DNA of 20,043 nt from Candidatus Ratteibacteria bacterium. Its GTDB lineage: Bacteria > Ratteibacteria > UBA8468 > B48-G9 > DTJG01. Under the pieces are notes generated by a model. The model saw nothing but the letters and a program-made list of their open reading frames with translations, did not search any database and was not told the DNA's origin. The position numbers and the translations under genes are program-made. Shown here piece after piece: positions 15,532 to 20,043 of the stretch (position 1 is the first letter of the stretch; every line of letters begins with the position of its first letter). The DNA lies in contig JBMFLH010000031.1 of the NCBI GenBank assembly GCA_049971295.1, positions 1-20,043 of the forward strand, read 5' to 3'.

Positions 15532-17958
15532 ATGGCACTGCAGCCAATTCCTCCAGAAAAAGCAAGGGCAATCTGTAATTTAGATTGGCTTGACTGTCAA
15601 ACAACAAAGGACATACCACCAATTGAGGGTATTATCGGACAGGAGCGTGCTGCAAAAGCACTTGAATTTGGCCTTCAAATGGAACAGGATGGCTACAATA
15701 TTTATGTATCAGGCATACCTGGTAGTGGAAGAACAACTTCAGTGGAAGCAGCGGTTAAGGAAATTGCAAAAACAAAACCAACTCCTGACGACTGGTGTTA
15801 TGTGTATAATTTCTCTTCACCTGATAATCCCAGGTGCCTGAGATTTCCGCCAGGAATGGCTGAAGTTTTTAGAAAGGATATGGAAAGCCTGATTGAAGAA
15901 CTTAAAATGGATTTGCCAAAAGCATTTGAAAGTAAAGTATACGAAGAACAAAGAAACGCAGTGATAAGAAAATTTCAAAAAAGAAAAGAGGAACTTATTT
16001 CTCAACTTGAAGAAAAGGCAAAAAACGCTTCATTCGTTCTAAAACATACGCCCTCAGGTTTTGTATTTGTTCCATTGATTGAAGGAAAACCCCTTACAGA
16101 AGAGGATATGGAAAAACTTACTGATGAGGCGAAAAATGAAATCAAAGCAAAAGAAGAAATACTCGTTTCAGAATTGTCAGGGGTTTTGCGCGAAATCAGG
16201 CAGGCAGATAGGGCAACGCGAGAAGAACTTCAGAAGATAGAACACGAAACCACTATGTTCACCGTAAGTCCAAGAATCAATGAATTAAAAGAAAAATATG
16301 CGAATTTTCCAGAAGTTCTGAAATATCTTGATGAAGTCCAGCAGGACATTGTTGAAAATCCTGGCAATTTTGAAGAAAAAAGAGAAATTGAACTTCTTCC
16401 TGGATTAAAAATGCCTACGAGGGAAAACCAGCTTTACAAGTATCAGGTAAATGTACTTATTGATAACAGCAAGACAGAGGGAGCGCCTGTTGTAAAAGAA
16501 ACGCAACCCACATGCTATAACCTGACAGGAAGAATTGAGTACAGACCCACGCTTGGCGCAATGTTTACTGACTTTACCATGATAAAACCCGGTTCACTTC
16601 ATAAAGCCAATGGTGGATTTTTGATTCTCAATGTGCTTGATGTACTGCGCAATTACTTTTCATGGGATACATTGAAAAGAACAATAAAAAACAGGGAAAT
16701 CAGTATCGAAGATTTGAACGAGCAATTCAGAATTATCAATACTCCAACACTGAAACCACAGCCAATTCCGGCAAATATCAAAATTGTCCTTATAGGAAGT
16801 CCATTGCTTTACTATCTTCTGCACAGATATGACGAAGATTTCGAAAAACTTTTCAAGGTCAGAGCTGATTTCAGTTCTTTAATGGACAGGAATACTGAAG
16901 GCGTCAGGCAGTACGCAAGATTCATCAGTAAGAGGGTAAAGGAAGACAAACTCAAGGAATTTGACAGAGAAGCCATCGCGAAGGTTGTTGAGTACGGTTC
17001 AAGAATTGTTGAAGACCAGAAAAAACTCTCAACAAGATTCATGGAAATATCTGACCTGTTGAAAGAAGCAAATCACTGGGCAGATGTAGACGGCTCAAAC
17101 ATAGTGAAAGGAATTCATGTTCAAAAGGCAATAGAGGAAAAAATATACAGGTCCAATCTCATTGAACAAAGGATTGAAGAATTGATTAAGGAAGGTGTCA
17201 TTATTGTTGATACTGAGGGAGAAAAAGTGGGTCAGATTAATGGACTCAGCGTTCTTTCTCTCGGTGACTATCAGTTTGGAAAACCATCGAGAATTACTGT
17301 GAGTGTCTCAATGGGTAAAACAGGACCTGTACACATTGACCGTGAAGTGAAAATGGCTGGTACCATACATAACAAAGGTTTTTTAATTTTGAAAGGCCTT
17401 CTATTTGAAAAATTCGGGAAAAATTACCCTCTTTCATTTTCAGCAACTGTTTGTTTTGAACAGGTATACGAAGAGATAGAAGGAGATAGCGCCTCATCCA
17501 CTGAATATTATGCGCTAATTTCAGGTATATCAGGAATTCCATTGAAACAGGGTATAGCCGTAACAGGCTCAATCAACCAGAAAGGGGAAGTTCAACCAAT
17601 TGGTGGCGTCAACGAAAAAATTGAGGGATTCTATTCAGTGTGCAAAATTAAAGGACTGACTGGAAATCAGGGTGTCATTATTCCTGAGAAAAATATTTCG
17701 CATCTGATGTTGAAAGAGGAAGTTGTTGAAGCAATCAGGCAGAAAAAATTCCATGTATGGGCTGTGAAGGATGTAGACGAGGGTATAGAAATCCTTACAG
17801 GAATCCCTGCAGGAAAACCAGATGCAAATGGCACATATCCAGAGGGAACAGTTAATGCTGCTGTTGCGAAAAAACTGATGGAACTTGCAAAGAAATCCAG
17901 GGAGATTGAAAAGCAACTTTCGCCAAAGACAAAGAAAGAGAATAAAAGTACTTCTTAG
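15532..17958 (+). CDS. lonC: Lon-like protease of the LonC/YcbZ type (AAA-like domain with coiled-coil insertion + S16 protease domain), 808 aa
   Basis: IIGQERA, YNIYVSGIPGSGRTT, DWCYVYNF, IKPGSLHKANGGFL, VGQINGLSV, catalytic Ser in EGDSAS and Lys in IGGVNEKIEGF. Start moved from 15415 to ATG 15532 (CAGGAG at 15521-15526). Confidence 0.92.
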   Translation: MALQPIPPEKARAICNLDWLDCQTTKDIPPIEGIIGQERAAKALEFGLQMEQDGYNIYVSGIPGSGRTTSVEAAVKEIAKTKPTPDDWCYVYNFSSPDNPRCLRFPPGMAEVFRKDMESLIEELKMDLPKAFESKVYEEQRNAVIRKFQKRKEELISQLEEKAKNASFVLKHTPSGFVFVPLIEGKPLTEEDMEKLTDEAKNEIKAKEEILVSELSGVLREIRQADRATREELQKIEHETTMFTVSPRINELKEKYANFPEVLKYLDEVQQDIVENPGNFEEKREIELLPGLKMPTRENQLYKYQVNVLIDNSKTEGAPVVKETQPTCYNLTGRIEYRPTLGAMFTDFTMIKPGSLHKANGGFLILNVLDVLRNYFSWDTLKRTIKNREISIEDLNEQFRIINTPTLKPQPIPANIKIVLIGSPLLYYLLHRYDEDFEKLFKVRADFSSLMDRNTEGVRQYARFISKRVKEDKLKEFDREAIAKVVEYGSRIVEDQKKLSTRFMEISDLLKEANHWADVDGSNIVKGIHVQKAIEEKIYRSNLIEQRIEELIKEGVIIVDTEGEKVGQINGLSVLSLGDYQFGKPSRITVSVSMGKTGPVHIDREVKMAGTIHNKGFLILKGLLFEKFGKNYPLSFSATVCFEQVYEEIEGDSASSTEYYALISGISGIPLKQGIAVTGSINQKGEVQPIGGVNEKIEGFYSVCKIKGLTGNQGVIIPEKNISHLMLKEEVVEAIRQKKFHVWAVKDVDEGIEILTGIPAGKPDANGTYPEGTVNAAVAKKLMELAKKSREIEKQLSPKTKKENKSTS

Positions 17959-17960
17959 AG

Positions 17961-18028
17961 TTTCGGATTTAGGATTGCCGAAAAGCGCTCCTTCCTTCTA
18001 TATTCTCTCGCACTGAGAGAAAAGAAGG
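17961..18028. terminator. Hairpins between convergent lonC and era; possible terminator or 3'-end structure
   Basis: TTTCGG/CCGAAA (17961-17983). TTCTCTC-GCACT-GAGAGAA (18003-18021), extendable by CCTTCT/AGAAGG. No canonical downstream U-tract on either strand. Confidence 0.35.
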
Positions 18029-18041
18029 TGAAAAAAATCTC

Positions 18042-18932
18042 TTAAATTGAACCATAACCAAATCTACCAGAAATGTCAGGTCTGTCCCGCCATTTTTCAA
18101 TGGTTTTCACCTTCAACTGCAAGTATACTTTTTTCCCGAGAAGTAGTTCTATTTCTTTTCTTGCACTGATACCAATGACCTTCAGTTTTTCTCCTTTTTC
18201 TCCTATGACAATTCTTTTCTGATTATCCTTTTCAACGATGATGTTTGCCATGATTACCACCATATTAGGATTTTTATCTCCTGGCTTTATTTCTTCAATT
18301 TCTACTGCAACAGAATGTGGAACCTCCTGATAAACCTGTTCAAAGACCTTTTCGCGGATGATTTCACTGATTTTATATGTCTGCGGAAGAGAATCAGTAA
18401 ATTCTGGAGGAAAAAGTTTTTCACCTTCTGGAAGGTACTTCACGATCGTTTTTTCCACATCATCAACATTTTCACCTGTTAATGCAGAACATGGAATAAT
18501 TTCCTGAAAACCAAACTGTTCATTCAATTGTTCAATCAAAGCAAGGACTTTTTCTCTGGGGCTGATTCTGTCAATTTTGTTAGCCACAACGATGACATTT
18601 TTTTCTGATTTTTTTATTCTTTCAAAAATTTCCCTATCCTCCAGATTATATCTGGAGGCATCAATTACTGCCAGAATTAAGTCACACTCGTCAATCGCAG
18701 CAATAACATTTTCCTTCATTATTTCCCCGAGTTTGTGGCGTGGTTTTTCGTAACCCGGGGTGTCAACAAAAACAATTTGATAATCCTGAGTTGTTTTCAC
18801 TCCCATAATGCGAAACCTGGTCGTTGCAGGATGCCTTGAAACGATTGACACCTTATATCCGACCAGGGCATTTACAAGTGTTGATTTTCCAACATTTGGC
18901 TTACCGACAACTGCGACTGTGCCTGATTTCAT
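18042..18932 (-). CDS. era: GTPase Era (296 aa)
   Basis: G1 GKPNVGKST, G2 TTR, G3 DTPG, G4 NKID, G5 SA, EIIREK...EVPHS and KH-domain VIGEKGEKLKVIG. Start moved to 18932 (MKSGTVAVVG), with ATGA overlap on the upstream stop. Confidence 0.97.
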   Translation of the reverse strand: MKSGTVAVVGKPNVGKSTLVNALVGYKVSIVSRHPATTRFRIMGVKTTQDYQIVFVDTPGYEKPRHKLGEIMKENVIAAIDECDLILAVIDASRYNLEDREIFERIKKSEKNVIVVANKIDRISPREKVLALIEQLNEQFGFQEIIPCSALTGENVDDVEKTIVKYLPEGEKLFPPEFTDSLPQTYKISEIIREKVFEQVYQEVPHSVAVEIEEIKPGDKNPNMVVIMANIIVEKDNQKRIVIGEKGEKLKVIGISARKEIELLLGKKVYLQLKVKTIEKWRDRPDISGRFGYGSI

Positions 18933-20043
18933 TTTTTGTCCAATAAAGGAATTACCCAATCATAAACTTTAAATAGTTCCCTCTTCTTTTCAAGATAATA
19001 AAGGTAATTTTTCAAACTCACATCAGGTGGAACCCTGTGGTCAACATGAGGAATATAGCCACCTTCTTCCACCACTGGCTTAATTCTTTCAAGTTCTCTG
19101 TCAATTGCTGAGGGCCCCTCAATTAATGCCTTTTTGTCAACACCACCCATCAGAAGTACTTTTTTCCCAAATCTTTTTCTCAATTGAACAGGGTCTGAAC
19201 CACTATTGATTTCAAGTGGAAACATAATATTGATTCCTGCATCCAGCCACAATTCAACCAGTTCATTAATGTTACCATCACAATCTATGAAAATCAGATC
19301 TATCCCGGCCTTTCTGAATCGTTCTGATAGCTTTTTATATCGCGGAACAAGATATTTTCTAAATAATGCTGGAGATATCATTGGCTGAGTCTTAAAAGCC
19401 ATGTCCTCCCACATACTCACAGCATCAATTTTTATTTCGTTCAATGCCCTTTCATCCACCTTTAAAACAAATTCACACATGTATTCTATCATCTCCTCTA
19501 TTAAATCTGGTTGGTCGTAAAATGCCATAAGACAGTTTTCAAATCCCATCCAGTTTCTGAGCCACCCGAATAAACTACCCCCACCTATAATCACAGGATT
19601 TTTACAATTTTCAGCGATTTTTTTGAATTCCTGCCACTGGTCTTCTGGTGGGTACCTGTTTGAATCAGGATTCAATCTTTTCTTAAATTCAAGCCAGTCG
19701 CTTCTGTTTTCTATGGGAAATTTTATGTAGTGAGGAATTGAACTTGTGCCATCTTTAAATTGCTTTGCAATCACACCGGTTGAATCTCGTGTAATCACGT
19801 ATTTTTCTGTTTCTTCAATAGTTTCTGTCTTAAAAACAGGGTCAAGCCCTAAATTAACTGGCACAGAAAGCATTCTATCGAAACCAAAAAATAGGTCTCC
19901 TTTTCCAATTGAATCTATCTCTTTCGGTAATCCTTCATTATGCCACCTTATCAAAGTATCAGTCCACCAACCGAATTCCATATTGAAAATTCTGTCAACT
20001 GGCCTGAAATGAAAAACATTCTGCCATCTTTCTCTCGGCGTCA
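18929..20043 (-). CDS. Uroporphyrinogen decarboxylase (URO-D)/MtaA-CmuA methyltransferase superfamily protein, 5' end at the window edge
   Basis: The frame is open to the edge: (xTG)TPRERWQNVFHFRPVDRIFNMEFGWW. This fits the family's MTxRER start, so the ATG probably begins one base outside the window. Motifs LRNWMGFE, WEDMAFK..PMISP, DCDGN, GGVDK and GGYIPHVDHRVPPDV. Not a canonical HemE. Confidence 0.85.
   Translation of the reverse strand, partial: TPRERWQNVFHFRPVDRIFNMEFGWWTDTLIRWHNEGLPKEIDSIGKGDLFFGFDRMLSVPVNLGLDPVFKTETIEETEKYVITRDSTGVIAKQFKDGTSSIPHYIKFPIENRSDWLEFKKRLNPDSNRYPPEDQWQEFKKIAENCKNPVIIGGGSLFGWLRNWMGFENCLMAFYDQPDLIEEMIEYMCEFVLKVDERALNEIKIDAVSMWEDMAFKTQPMISPALFRKYLVPRYKKLSERFRKAGIDLIFIDCDGNINELVELWLDAGINIMFPLEINSGSDPVQLRKRFGKKVLLMGGVDKKALIEGPSAIDRELERIKPVVEEGGYIPHVDHRVPPDVSLKNYLYYLEKKRELFKVYDWVIPLLDKK

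Noticed and set aside
1677..18959. Longest-ORF starts at 1677, 5155, 14434, 15415 and 18959
   Set aside because: They overlap neighbouring genes and add non-homologous N-termini. Starts at 1749, 5026, 14413, 15532 and 18932 have SD sequences or ATGA coupling and family-typical N-termini.
559..20012. Many short ORFs (60-133 aa) in the six-frame track
   Set aside because: They overlap longer, motif-supported genes on the opposite strand or in another frame and show no recognisable motifs, so they are shadow ORFs.
1..20043. CRISPR arrays, tRNA/rRNA genes, transposases, prophage or defence genes
   Set aside because: Intergenic gaps are all under about 190 bp with no repeat-spacer or cloverleaf pattern, and no ORF carries the relevant motifs.

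Overview
AT-rich bacterial chromosomal window; taxonomy cannot be fixed from the sequence. From left to right it holds: a three-gene wbpB/wbpD/wbpE-like module for a 2,3-diacetamido sugar nucleotide (+); an aspartate aminotransferase coupled to a secreted hypothetical protein (-); an 8.5 kb cluster of secreted cell-surface proteins (5115-13657, +); rex with a Zn-dependent polyol-type dehydrogenase (-), divergent from a LonC-type protease (+); and era downstream of a uroporphyrinogen-decarboxylase-family gene (-). The surface cluster is the most interesting part. Two small proteins (beta-sandwich module plus type I dockerin) flank two large paralogous Ig/vWA + TolB-like beta-propeller proteins, which end in a diverged copy of the same module plus a Ca-loop-like tail. 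No hydrolase domain is visible, so this may be a non-cellulolytic, cellulosome-like assembly. The second large gene is split by a -1 frame change exactly at two overlapping in-frame slippery heptamers (G_GGA_AAT and A_AAT_TTA, 10448-10457). This is a candidate programmed frameshift giving a short 382 aa and a long 1223 aa product, but a 1-nt deletion or assembly error cannot be excluded. Other points of note are an apparently leaderless first gene behind a near-consensus promoter, a recurring TGTGRTAAAA motif in divergent intergenic regions, and an almost palindromic intergenic region at 15462-15534. I found no RNA genes, CRISPR arrays or mobile elements.
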